32,495 bases of DNA from a virus. Lineage: Duplodnaviria; Caudoviricetes. Position numbers and translations under genes: made by a program. The stretch is taken from positions 1-32,495 of the IMG/VR virus record IMGVR_UViG_3300032212_000108; one strand, 5' to 3'. This document shows, in pieces, positions 20,105-27,405 of the stretch (position 1 is the stretch's first letter; each line of letters opens with the position of its first letter). The notes under the pieces were generated by a model, which was given only the letters and a program-made list of their open reading frames with translations, made no database searches and was not told the DNA's origin.

Positions 20105-20132
20105 ATTATAGCCCATCTAGCGGGCTATTCAA
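20105..20132 (-). promoter_or_regulatory. Candidate late-operon promoter TTGAAT-16-TATAAT with overlapping inverted repeat ATAGCCC-N7-GGGCTAT
   Basis: Read directly on the minus strand upstream of the 20077 gene. Confidence 0.6.
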
Positions 20133-20548
20133 TGGCCTAATAACTCTGGCGCATTCTCGACGCACCACGCCTCCAATTCCTTAAACGCCTCAAAATAATC
20201 GGGCTTTTGTATCTTGTGCTTATTGCTTGAGCACCATTCCCACGTTTCAGGCTTGTGCTTTTGAACCCATTCTGCGAACGCCAGCGGCGCTCCGTGAGCC
20301 GATAGCTTATTGCAAAACTTGTGATGCTTTGAACATAGCCCTATCCCGTTTTCTATGCTGTGCCTCGTTGCTGTGTTGGCCCTGGAAATGAGATGGTGTG
20401 CTTCCACGCTCCCGGCGCATTCGTCATCGATAGCGCATTGTTTATAGATTTCATGGATGACTTTACCCCAAAGCGCATCAGCTTTCGTTTTCCAATACTT
20501 AGATCTCGGATTATCCTTTTTCTTTTGTAGATTGCTTTTCTTCTTCAT
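20129..20548 (-). CDS. NinG/Rap-like HNH nuclease
   Basis: ADALW..CAI..C..EAHHLISR..TRHSIENGIGLCSKHH. Confidence 0.75.
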   Translation of the reverse strand: MKKKSNLQKKKDNPRSKYWKTKADALWGKVIHEIYKQCAIDDECAGSVEAHHLISRANTATRHSIENGIGLCSKHHKFCNKLSAHGAPLAFAEWVQKHKPETWEWCSSNKHKIQKPDYFEAFKELEAWCVENAPELLGH

Positions 20549-20589
20549 CTCTCCCCCGGGTTAACGACTGTCGTAATTACTGCTCAATA

Positions 20590-20630
20590 GTGGTTTTCTG
20601 CCCCACTTTTGGGTCTATTCGTTGTTATAT
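20590..20630 (+). other. Candidate attI-like cassette insertion site no. 1 (crossover G20624|TT)
   Basis: GTGGTTTTC-N16-CTATTCGTTG|TTATAT; same motif as 25996-26037; no attC hairpin. Confidence 0.6.
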
Positions 20631-21082
20631 TGCCTAATCCCGGCCTAGTAAATTAACCGCTCGCTTTGACTGAGTAGGTTTTGTTGGCATTGTTTTGTAC
20701 TCCCACCACTCACTCCCGTCATACTCATGTCGCTCTATCCAAAAGTCAGCCCCAACTACGATAAGATCTTCTGGTATCTCTGCACCACCAAATCCAGAAT
20801 CATACTCAATATTAAATAGTGCCTGTATGTCGCAGTCAAAAACGAATTTATCATTCCCGAACCACAGGATGTCAAATATTGTTTTCCCGTTCTCCTCTAA
20901 AACTTCCCTAGTATCTTCCAGTAAGTTGTTCATCAATCAATCCTCTTGTGTAACCGGCAAATATAACAATCAAATTCAACGCGGACTGTGTGCCGCGTGG
21001 CTTCGTTTAAATTACTTTCTTTTCGTCTACCATTTTAGCCCCCTTAAAGTTCATCGATGCACACATCCGGTTAATTTGGTCG
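20625..21082 (+). mobile_element. Solitary integron-type gene cassette (gene inverted relative to attC)
   Basis: Starts G|TTATATTGCC; its attC begins GGCAAATATAAC (complementary to that start) and ends in G|TTAAAC. Confidence 0.8.
20634..20936 (-). CDS. Conserved hypothetical phage protein (cassette cargo)
   Basis: YDSGFGGAEI..DLIVVG.DFWIERHEYDGSEWWEY; GAGGA RBS. Confidence 0.8.
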   Translation of the reverse strand: MMNNLLEDTREVLEENGKTIFDILWFGNDKFVFDCDIQALFNIEYDSGFGGAEIPEDLIVVGADFWIERHEYDGSEWWEYKTMPTKPTQSKRAVNLLGRD

Positions 21083-21088
21083 TTAAAC
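20961..21088 (+). repeat. attC-like site (solo)
   Basis: R'' ATATAAC, 5 nt, L'' AATTCAAC, CGGACTGTGTGC...GCACACATCCG, L' GTTAATT, 5 nt, R' GTTAAAC. Confidence 0.85.
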
Positions 21089-21547
21089 CTTCCCTTCCCG
21101 GCTCAACATATAATCAAGCCTCTCACCGTTGTTGTTGAATGGTTTTTTGCCGTCAACATAAAGCGGCTTGTGCCCTTTCGCCTCTACACCCTGCGCCCGG
21201 TATTGCTTGTGCCCTTCCCATGTTTCAGCGCATTCGGGACAGTATAGTTTTGTCTTCTTGCCGACCTTTGTTTCTGTGACAGGACCAACATTGCAGCAGT
21301 TTTGATTCTCACAACAACCTCTGACCCACACTCGATTATCTTCAATGTCGTCATGCACCTGCTTGACCAGATCGGTATTGCCGTCGATTAAATCAGCTTC
21401 GCACTGCTTGCAGATATTCCGCGTTCCGCCTGGCACCTTCTTTGGCGTGCCTTTCTCGCTGATGTTCTTGTACTGCTGGCATGTTTCGCATCTGAATTCA
21501 TTTGACATTTCCTTGATCTCCTTGATTGAATCTCTACTTTTGCACAT
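21083..21547 (-). CDS. Cys-rich zinc-binding hypothetical protein
   Basis: Multiple CxxC motifs; stop codon coincides with G|TTA. Confidence 0.7.
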   Translation of the reverse strand: MCKSRDSIKEIKEMSNEFRCETCQQYKNISEKGTPKKVPGGTRNICKQCEADLIDGNTDLVKQVHDDIEDNRVWVRGCCENQNCCNVGPVTETKVGKKTKLYCPECAETWEGHKQYRAQGVEAKGHKPLYVDGKKPFNNNGERLDYMLSREGKV

Positions 21548-21731
21548 TCAGGGTTTTTTGCAACTGTTTATCCGTACAGCACCATTTTCCTGATGCCGGG
21601 AAATTGGTTTTATTTGCCACGGTAACTACTCCACGCTCTTCCATCCTCTTCATCTCAGCCTTGAACCTGTCGACCTTCTCTTTCGGCCATGCTGCTATTA
21701 CTTTTGCTAGTGAGTTGCCCGCATGTTTCAT
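21534..21731 (-). CDS. Hypothetical protein
   Basis: ATGA overlap with the helicase stop. Confidence 0.6.
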   Translation of the reverse strand: MKHAGNSLAKVIAAWPKEKVDRFKAEMKRMEERGVVTVANKTNFPASGKWCCTDKQLQKTLNVQK

Positions 21732-23320
21732 TTCGTACTCCCAAACATTGCCTTGATATTATTTAGATGCCGCTTTCCGCGCTCGACCTGCTTTGAATAC
21801 TTGATGTTTCTATGCTGAATCCATTTTTTAACATCAACAGATAGCGACTCTGCATAAGTTTTATCTATGGCATTCGGCCAAACGCCAAACATTTCTTTAT
21901 ACATGTAGGCCGCCGCACCTTCTTTTTTCTTTTTATCGCGGCAATAGGTACGAAACTCAGCAAAAATACGGGTCTTTTCGTCCCTAGCTGTATCTCTGTT
22001 GCGGCGCTGCTCTGGTGTCAGTGTGTTTACGACTTCTTTTAGTTGGGCCTTGTGGTATTGAATCTCGGCCTTTTTACCTTCCAGTATGTGGCCACACCCA
22101 GGGCAGATATTTGTAGATTTGAATAGCATCCTGCACTTTTCGCATTCAATCTCTTTCGGCTCTTTCTTGTCTTGCTTCCGCTGTTCTATCCGGTCTTGCA
22201 CTTTCGATGCTGAATCAAGACTCCAGTCGTCTATAAACTCAACCGGCCCCATCTTCGGATCAAGTGACATGCCTCCATGGTCTATAACATTAGCGAACTT
22301 CTGATCTTCAAACGGCCTCAAAACCCGCCCTACGCCCTGCATCCAGCGCGATATAGATTTGGTCGCTGTTGCAAAACAAACAGTCTGGAGGCGTGGTATG
22401 TCTGTTCCCATGCCGATTATCATCACGTTGCAAATGATTAATATTTCGCCTGTGCTTATTTTCTTGAATATTTCAAAGCGCTCATTGTCTGGGGTTAGCG
22501 CATCAACATAAGCCGCCGGTATGCCCTCGCTGTTGAACTTTTCAACCAGGTCGTTAGCATTGGCCCTGCTGGCACAAAAAACCACTGTGGATGTGCCTGG
22601 CGCTATGCGCTTCCAATTCTCGACAACGCACCCCATTATTTTTTTATCGGCGTATGCTTCGCCTAACTCTTTGTTGTTGTACTCGTCCTTTTGAACCGTG
22701 ATGCCTGATAAGTCCGGCTTGGGGGCTGAGTAATAGCGGGGCTGTAGTAGGTGCCCTTGCTTAATAAGCTCCAGCATTGAAACAGGCTGCAACAATACTT
22801 CGCAAATATCTGCCAAGCCGCCCCCGTTGGTCGTGCAGGGCGTGGCGGTCAATAGGATAACTATTTTGTTGTCACCGTACTTGCCGTCACGAACATCGTT
22901 TATATACTCTGCTCGCTTGCTTGAAGCGTAGGTGTGGGCCTCGTCACATATCAGTGTTCTTGTTAATTTTGTTGCTGTCTTTGCAGACGACCTCTCGTAT
23001 TTGTTGATTCTGGCAAGCACTGTGTCGATTGAGCCTACGTCAATCATGTGTCGAGCGTCGTAGTATTCGCCCGACATGATAACGCCGCAATCTAGCCCAA
23101 GATCGTTGTAGCTGGTTTGTATCTGGTCAACCAGGTTACGACGTGGGGCCAAGAATAGCGTGTGATTGCCTTTCTGTGATGCTGTCTTGCAAATTGATGC
23201 TGAAGTTCGGCTTTTGCCTGCGCCTGTTGGCATGACTAAACAGATTGAGCGATGCCCCTGCTTAATGGCTTCGCGTATCATGTCTATGCTGGATTGCTGG
23301 TAATCTCTGAGTTGAATCAT
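21728..23320 (-). CDS. Superfamily 2 DEAH helicase (RadD/YejH-like) with C-terminal zinc finger
   Basis: LRDYQ Q-motif; MPTGAGKS; DEAH; LTATP; GTDIP; QGVGRVLR; CEKC..CPGC. Confidence 0.93.
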   Translation of the reverse strand: MIQLRDYQQSSIDMIREAIKQGHRSICLVMPTGAGKSRTSASICKTASQKGNHTLFLAPRRNLVDQIQTSYNDLGLDCGVIMSGEYYDARHMIDVGSIDTVLARINKYERSSAKTATKLTRTLICDEAHTYASSKRAEYINDVRDGKYGDNKIVILLTATPCTTNGGGLADICEVLLQPVSMLELIKQGHLLQPRYYSAPKPDLSGITVQKDEYNNKELGEAYADKKIMGCVVENWKRIAPGTSTVVFCASRANANDLVEKFNSEGIPAAYVDALTPDNERFEIFKKISTGEILIICNVMIIGMGTDIPRLQTVCFATATKSISRWMQGVGRVLRPFEDQKFANVIDHGGMSLDPKMGPVEFIDDWSLDSASKVQDRIEQRKQDKKEPKEIECEKCRMLFKSTNICPGCGHILEGKKAEIQYHKAQLKEVVNTLTPEQRRNRDTARDEKTRIFAEFRTYCRDKKKKEGAAAYMYKEMFGVWPNAIDKTYAESLSVDVKKWIQHRNIKYSKQVERGKRHLNNIKAMFGSTK

Positions 23321-23354
23321 TTTTCTACCTCCTACAGTAGTCCTAGTTTAATAA

Positions 23355-23404
23355 AAACGGCGGCCTGCTAGGTACAGGTTTTCAGGGTATCCCCCTAGCC
23401 GTTT
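23355..23404 (-). promoter_or_regulatory. Structured three-way-junction RNA leader upstream of the helicase
   Basis: AAACGGC...GCCGTTT closing stem encloses GGG-GATA-CCC and CCTG-TACCTAG-CAGG hairpins joined by TGAAAA. Confidence 0.45.
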
Positions 23405-23411
23405 ATTTACA

Positions 23412-23612
23412 TTACTCTGTTGCTTTATTGGCTGCAACTGGTGATTTAACCAGCTCTTGCGCAAGCTCACCATTCATCCATTCCCAGCAGATACGGCCAC
23501 AGCCTAAACACAGCTGATACTCCCCAGCTGTTACCTTGTCCCTGATAACTTTCCTTTCCGCCATTTGTCCACCACAAGAACATTGCACGTTGACCTCACT
23601 TTTTTTAGACAA
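23412..23612 (-). CDS. Small zinc-ribbon protein
   Basis: CSCGG...CLGCG. Confidence 0.55.
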   Translation of the reverse strand: MSKKSEVNVQCSCGGQMAERKVIRDKVTAGEYQLCLGCGRICWEWMNGELAQELVKSPVAANKATE

Positions 23613-23951
23613 TAACTCTCACTGACCTTAAGGGTGATATATATAATATAAGCCCTACCGCCTGAATGGTTGTGAAGTGAATAGCCACAGTACTCACTAC
23701 GCTAGTCAATAATAGCCATATTATTCGGAACCCTAATGCCCTGGTATTGGATGGAGGGTCAGTCCACATAGCAAATATCACCACTGTACCCGTTTTTATG
23801 CCAGTAACGTGCTGTTTACGCTCTGGCTGCCCTCGGTCACAAAGGGCTGGCTATTACTTTCTACACTGATAACCCTCAGCCGTTGGTATACCCGACAGGG
23901 AGTGTATTTTTAGAGTTGACCCTAATATTGTAGATAACTTTATCTTTAGGG

Positions 23952-24047
23952 TTTACAAGAAGGGAAGTTTGTATATAATTACTCACAGACTCCCCGTCTA
24001 ACTCCGAAACCGCTCTAGGATCACTAGTCCTTTGATGAGCGGTTTTT
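23952..24047 (+). ncRNA. Candidate antisense small RNA (promoter plus ~60-65 nt RNA ending in a terminator)
   Basis: TTTACA(23952)-16-TATAAT(23974); stem AAACCGCTC(24007)...GAGCGGTTT(24045) followed by a T-run; opposite to phage transcription. Confidence 0.55.
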
Positions 24048-24232
24048 CTATTTTACATCCACCATTTTTTAAATCAAGCTGAAATTAAGGTGGCGACTAA
24101 CAGGCCTCCGGAATCCTAACCGGAACACTTGGTTTTGCTATGCGGGCACCAGTGGCCTTTGTGTGTTTTTGTTTGCCAGTCAATCACCGGGAAACCTGCA
24201 CCATCACAGGCTATGTTAGGTTTATTGTACTA

Positions 24233-24421
24233 CTATTCCCATTTCTTAGTATTGGCAACGCGCCACATTTGGCCAGTGATTCTTCTCAGGTTCGCCATGT
24301 CTCGTTCGCTGATCTTGTCTTCGAGGAACTTGTACAAGTCTAGCCGGGATTGCTCCAGCTTTTCCAGCTCAAGGACTGGGACTGGTATTTTTTTAGTCAT
24401 AGCTTCCCCCTTGTAGGGCAT
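24233..24421 (-). CDS. Hypothetical protein
   Basis: Probable start MTKK at 24400 with GGGG RBS; overlaps the upstream stop. Confidence 0.55.
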   Translation of the reverse strand: MPYKGEAMTKKIPVPVLELEKLEQSRLDLYKFLEDKISERDMANLRRITGQMWRVANTKKWE

Positions 24422-24540
24422 TCGCCCTTTAGCCGTTCTGTCACGTACCGCACGAGCCGTTCTTCCTGCTCCGGGCGTATGTGTACCATTATTGATTTAG
24501 TCAGCCCTCGGGCCTTACGGGCCGCCCTTGTCTCTCGCAT
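24397..24540 (-). CDS. Small basic putative DNA-binding protein (ribbon-helix-helix-like)
   Basis: MRETRAARKARGLTKSIMVHIRPEQEERLVRYV; AAGGA RBS. Confidence 0.5.
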   Translation of the reverse strand: MRETRAARKARGLTKSIMVHIRPEQEERLVRYVTERLKGECPTRGKL

Positions 24541-24556
24541 TCCTTGGGCTTTGGAT

Positions 24557-24760
24557 TTAGGCATTAGGCGCAGCACTAGGCAAGCATTTAGCGCAAAAGT
24601 CCGAATCAACAGCTTTCAGTAATTCCGCTTCACTGGCAGCGATATACCGAGTAGCACGCCTTGACTGACCGCTATGATTGCAATTTGAGACCGTTTCACC
24701 AGTGCAGATGTGATATTTGCCGCCTCTGTTTGATTTTCCTATGTATTGATTCGCGTTCAT
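24557..24760 (-). CDS. Hypothetical Cys/His protein
   Basis: GGAG RBS; HIC..CNH..CAKC. Confidence 0.6.
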   Translation of the reverse strand: MNANQYIGKSNRGGKYHICTGETVSNCNHSGQSRRATRYIAASEAELLKAVDSDFCAKCLPSAAPNA

Positions 24761-24796
24761 CTTCTTGATCTCCGGTTTGTCTCTGAATGTGTAACT

Positions 24797-24825
24797 ACTG
24801 TGGACTAGGTAACTGTTACTGTCAA
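24797..24825 (-). promoter_or_regulatory. Promoter TTGACA-17-CACAGT with palindromic operator GTAAC-A-GTTAC
   Basis: Perfect -35, weak -10; palindrome at 24809-24819. Confidence 0.55.
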
Positions 24826-24847
24826 TGGAATTATGATGCTAAAGACG

Positions 24848-24870
24848 AAAAAAACCCCGAACTAGCGGGG
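24848..24870 (-). terminator. Rho-independent terminator
   Basis: CCCCG-CTAGTT-CGGGG followed by T7 on the minus strand. Confidence 0.75.
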
Positions 24871-25037
24871 CAAGGCGTGGGAGATGTAGGGAGGGTGGGC
24901 CGGGAATTGATACCCGGTTAAGCCGATCAAGGAAAACAACCCACCATAATGCTTGCCTAGTTAATATACCCCAGCTAGGCGCTGGTACGTTATCACCACT
25001 ATATGCCCAGTGGCAGGCAGTTGAAATACTTTAGCGG

Positions 25038-25316
25038 TTAAGCTTCGTCTTGTAAAGGCTTCATGTACTGGCCTATGCAAATCTGTCTTGCGTACGCTGC
25101 TGTGACTTCAAACTTTTCACCGATTTCCCGATACGTGAACTTCTTCCCGTTCGGCTTGCGCTCTTTTCGTAGCGCTCTCATTAGCTCTGCGTCGTAATGC
25201 GTGAGTTTATCGCCCGACCTTTGGCCTTCGATGGGCCAATGTTTGCACCCTGTCTTGTAGCCTGTGGGGCTGTCGAATATTAGCGTTCCACATTCTGAAC
25301 ATTGAAAATGGCTCAT
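25038..25316 (-). CDS. Zinc ribbon plus HTH DNA-binding protein
   Basis: CSEC..C and KLT....FTYREIGEKFEVTAAYARQI. Confidence 0.7.
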   Translation of the reverse strand: MSHFQCSECGTLIFDSPTGYKTGCKHWPIEGQRSGDKLTHYDAELMRALRKERKPNGKKFTYREIGEKFEVTAAYARQICIGQYMKPLQDEA

Positions 25317-25741
25317 TTCTCACCTCTGTATTTCAGGTCTTCAGGGTTAATCAACGCATATTCACCAGTCATATTGAGCCATTCAACGCAATGATGTTCT
25401 AGTAATTCAAGATACCCGCACAGCTCCTTGTTAGTCATTTTGCTGGTGCGTGCTCTCTGCGCTATTTGCTCCCCGTTTATTCCTGTTCGATACTCCAGCG
25501 GAAGCAATAGCTCCACAAGCTCATCGTGAATATCCTCAGACTTAACATGAATGCCTCGCGTCTCGAATAGCATTTTTTTAACCTGCCCGTACCAGTACCA
25601 CATAAGCCGATTAAGGGCAGCACTTCTATTATCAGACCAATCGTCAACCGTCACCTTTAGCGGCCCTGGCGCACGCTCTTTGATGTGCTCTATACAGAAT
25701 TTAAAGCTGTTCTTGCCCTGTATTTTAAATGTACGCTTCAT
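25313..25741 (-). CDS. ninB: NinB/Orf family recombination protein
   Basis: RSAALNRLMWYW...RTSKMTNKELCGYLELLE is a NinB/YbcN-type signature. Confidence 0.75.
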   Translation of the reverse strand: MKRTFKIQGKNSFKFCIEHIKERAPGPLKVTVDDWSDNRSAALNRLMWYWYGQVKKMLFETRGIHVKSEDIHDELVELLLPLEYRTGINGEQIAQRARTSKMTNKELCGYLELLEHHCVEWLNMTGEYALINPEDLKYRGEK

Positions 25742-25971
25742 CTGATTTCATATCCAATTGCTCCGCTATCATTATCAGACACCCATTTTTGGCATAAATG
25801 AAAAATATTAGTAGTCGATGCCTCAGGTGTTCTTTTCGAGTATGACCTGCCGCGCTTTAGCAGATACCGGCCTTTTCTGATCCGGCAACCGCTAATGCTG
25901 AATCGCTTTCCGTCTAGCTCTATTTTTATCCTAAGCTGGCTTTTCATAATGTTATTTTTATGCCTCCGCAA
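25738..25971 (-). CDS. Hypothetical basic protein
   Basis: ATGA overlap with ninB. Confidence 0.5.
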   Translation of the reverse strand: MRRHKNNIMKSQLRIKIELDGKRFSISGCRIRKGRYLLKRGRSYSKRTPEASTTNIFHLCQKWVSDNDSGAIGYEIR

Positions 25972-25995
25972 GATTATGTTTTTTATATTGAATGT

Positions 25996-26037
25996 GTAGT
26001 TTTCGTTTGAACTGGTTATCCCTATTCGTTGTTAGCT
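25996..26037 (+). other. Candidate attI-like site no. 2 at the head of the main array (crossover G26031|TT)
   Basis: GTAGTTTTC-N17-CTATTCGTTG|TTAGCT; matches 20590-20630. Confidence 0.6.
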
Positions 26038-26283
26038 GTACTGCCTTTCCTCATAGTAGGGGCGCAACCTAAATGTAAAGCACAGTACAAGTAGGTATGG
26101 CTCTCCGTGATTCCATCTCATTCTTGGAATCCAGTTCCACCACAAGAGGTGCATATCAAATTGAAACTTAAAGCCCTCAATTCGGCGTCCGTTATACTTT
26201 CCACGAGGCCAGCTAACAATACGCTTGTTCCGACCTGCTACGTCGGCGGTTGCTTTAAGTTTATCGGTTTCGCTCATCTTCAT
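26032..26283 (-). CDS. Hypothetical Trp-rich protein (cassette 1); starts inside the attC loop
   Basis: GAGGA RBS at 26286-26290 and the ATG both lie within attC 26211-26331; stop at G|TTA. Confidence 0.7.
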   Translation of the reverse strand: MKMSETDKLKATADVAGRNKRIVSWPRGKYNGRRIEGFKFQFDMHLLWWNWIPRMRWNHGEPYLLVLCFTFRLRPYYEERQYS

Positions 26284-26331
26284 ATTCCTCAGTGGTTTCG
26301 TTTCCGCAGTCGGCACAGCTGGCTGTTATGC
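26211..26331 (+). repeat. attC-like site 1
   Basis: AGCTAAC-AATAC-GCTTGTTC-CGACCTGC...GCAGTCG-GCACAGC-TGGCT-GTTATGC. Confidence 0.75.
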
Positions 26332-26874
26332 AGCAAATGCGTAGCTCTCAGGTAATATTAAGCGTACAAAGGTTCTATTGTGTGTTTCGGCGGCTGGGAT
26401 AGTTTCATGCACCATAGAAACATTCCCCACATAAACTTGGTTAGGCTTCAAAACATGAACCGTAGCGTGCGATAAATCCATGTGAGAGCAATCACCGCCC
26501 TCACCGATGTCATCAGCAAATTCACCTTCGTATGCCTTAGCTCCGATTTGATCGGAAGCAAGAATAATCCCGCCACCAGCGCAATCCTTAGTTATCCAAC
26601 TTGGTCCAGTATCCCATCCAGCAATTGTGTAAACGCCATCAATGTGCGCCCCGCCTCTGCGATGCGTAGTGCCTTTTTCAACCTCACCCTGATCAATCGT
26701 CATGTAAATAACATCGTCGGCATCAACGCCGTCTAACATAGAGTCAACGGTATCTTGCCAGCGCGAATACTGCTCTGGTAACTTCTCGCCTTTCTTAAAA
26801 GGCACCATGTATGCACGTTCTTTTGTGAACTCGGGGAAGGTAACTACGTTTCCGGTTTTTAATAGGCTTTTCAT
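26326..26874 (-). CDS. Putative 2OG-Fe(II) dioxygenase-fold protein (cassette 2)
   Basis: HIDG (HxD), distal HE and RTFVRL; double-stranded beta-helix pattern. Confidence 0.6.
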   Translation of the reverse strand: MKSLLKTGNVVTFPEFTKERAYMVPFKKGEKLPEQYSRWQDTVDSMLDGVDADDVIYMTIDQGEVEKGTTHRRGGAHIDGVYTIAGWDTGPSWITKDCAGGGIILASDQIGAKAYEGEFADDIGEGGDCSHMDLSHATVHVLKPNQVYVGNVSMVHETIPAAETHNRTFVRLILPESYAFAA

Positions 26875-26903
26875 GTCGTAATCCTCTAGTTAGAAGTGTT
26901 GCT

Positions 26904-27025
26904 GCATAACAATAGGGTCGAAATGACCCACTACCGCAGCGTTTAATTAAAAGTTTCTAGTGTTCGTTTACTTCTGTGCTTCCCGTGGCTCCGTTGCCGT
27001 GGGCATCTCACCCTAAGCGTTATAT
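26904..27025 (+). repeat. attC-like site 2
   Basis: GCATAAC-AATAG-GGTCGAAATGACCCAC...GTGGGCATCTCACC-CTAAGC-GTTATAT. Confidence 0.8.
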
Positions 27026-27289
27026 TTCTTTAGTTACTGGCTCGGCCTCATCCCAGTGCAGGTATACGTGCAGCTCTTCCCGTAGCCGCATCATGTCCTT
27101 CATACTCTCTATGCCATTGAAAGAAACCTTGTTAACTAATGGCTTTATCTGTTCGCGTAATTTAGCCTCAAAATCAACCATCTCTTTTTTCACTATCTCT
27201 TCGGTTACTGCTTTTTTTACCTCTCGCTCCAGCCCTGTTTTCAGTAGTTCCACCATGTTCAAATTTGCATTTGCAATAGCCATAATCAA
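27020..27289 (-). CDS. Hypothetical protein (cassette 3)
   Basis: GAGGA RBS; stop at G|TTA. Confidence 0.75.
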   Translation of the reverse strand: MIMAIANANLNMVELLKTGLEREVKKAVTEEIVKKEMVDFEAKLREQIKPLVNKVSFNGIESMKDMMRLREELHVYLHWDEAEPVTKEI

Positions 27290-27302
27290 TTCCTCAGTAA
27301 AA

Positions 27303-27363
27303 ATATAACAACGGCATCAAATCCGATGCTCGTACCTCGCACGGCTTATGCCGGGCGTTATGC
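27303..27363 (+). repeat. attC-like site 3 (61 bp)
   Basis: ATATAAC-AACGG-CATCAAAT-CCGATGC...GCACGG-CTTATG-CCGGGC-GTTATGC. Confidence 0.88.
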
Positions 27364-27405
27364 CGCTCTCGGCTTATGCGTTGAGCGGCGCTAAATGGAT
27401 GCCAA

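Noticed and set aside
24114-24167. Possible degenerate attC (TCCTAAC-CGGAA-CACTTGGT...ACCAGTG-GCCTTT-GTG)
   Set aside because: The spacing and extra base fit, but the R' position reads GTG rather than GTT and no matching cassette start was found. It may be chance or a relic.
24894-24945. tRNA-like fragment on the minus strand (CCGGG-TATCAATT-CCCGG-CCCACC)
   Set aside because: It is too short, with no canonical TTC T-loop, D arm or anticodon arm, so it cannot be called a tRNA.
25037-25043. GTTAAGC overlapping the stop of the 25038 gene as another cassette junction
   Set aside because: No attC hairpin or attI-like motif lies upstream and no complementary R'' follows the gene.
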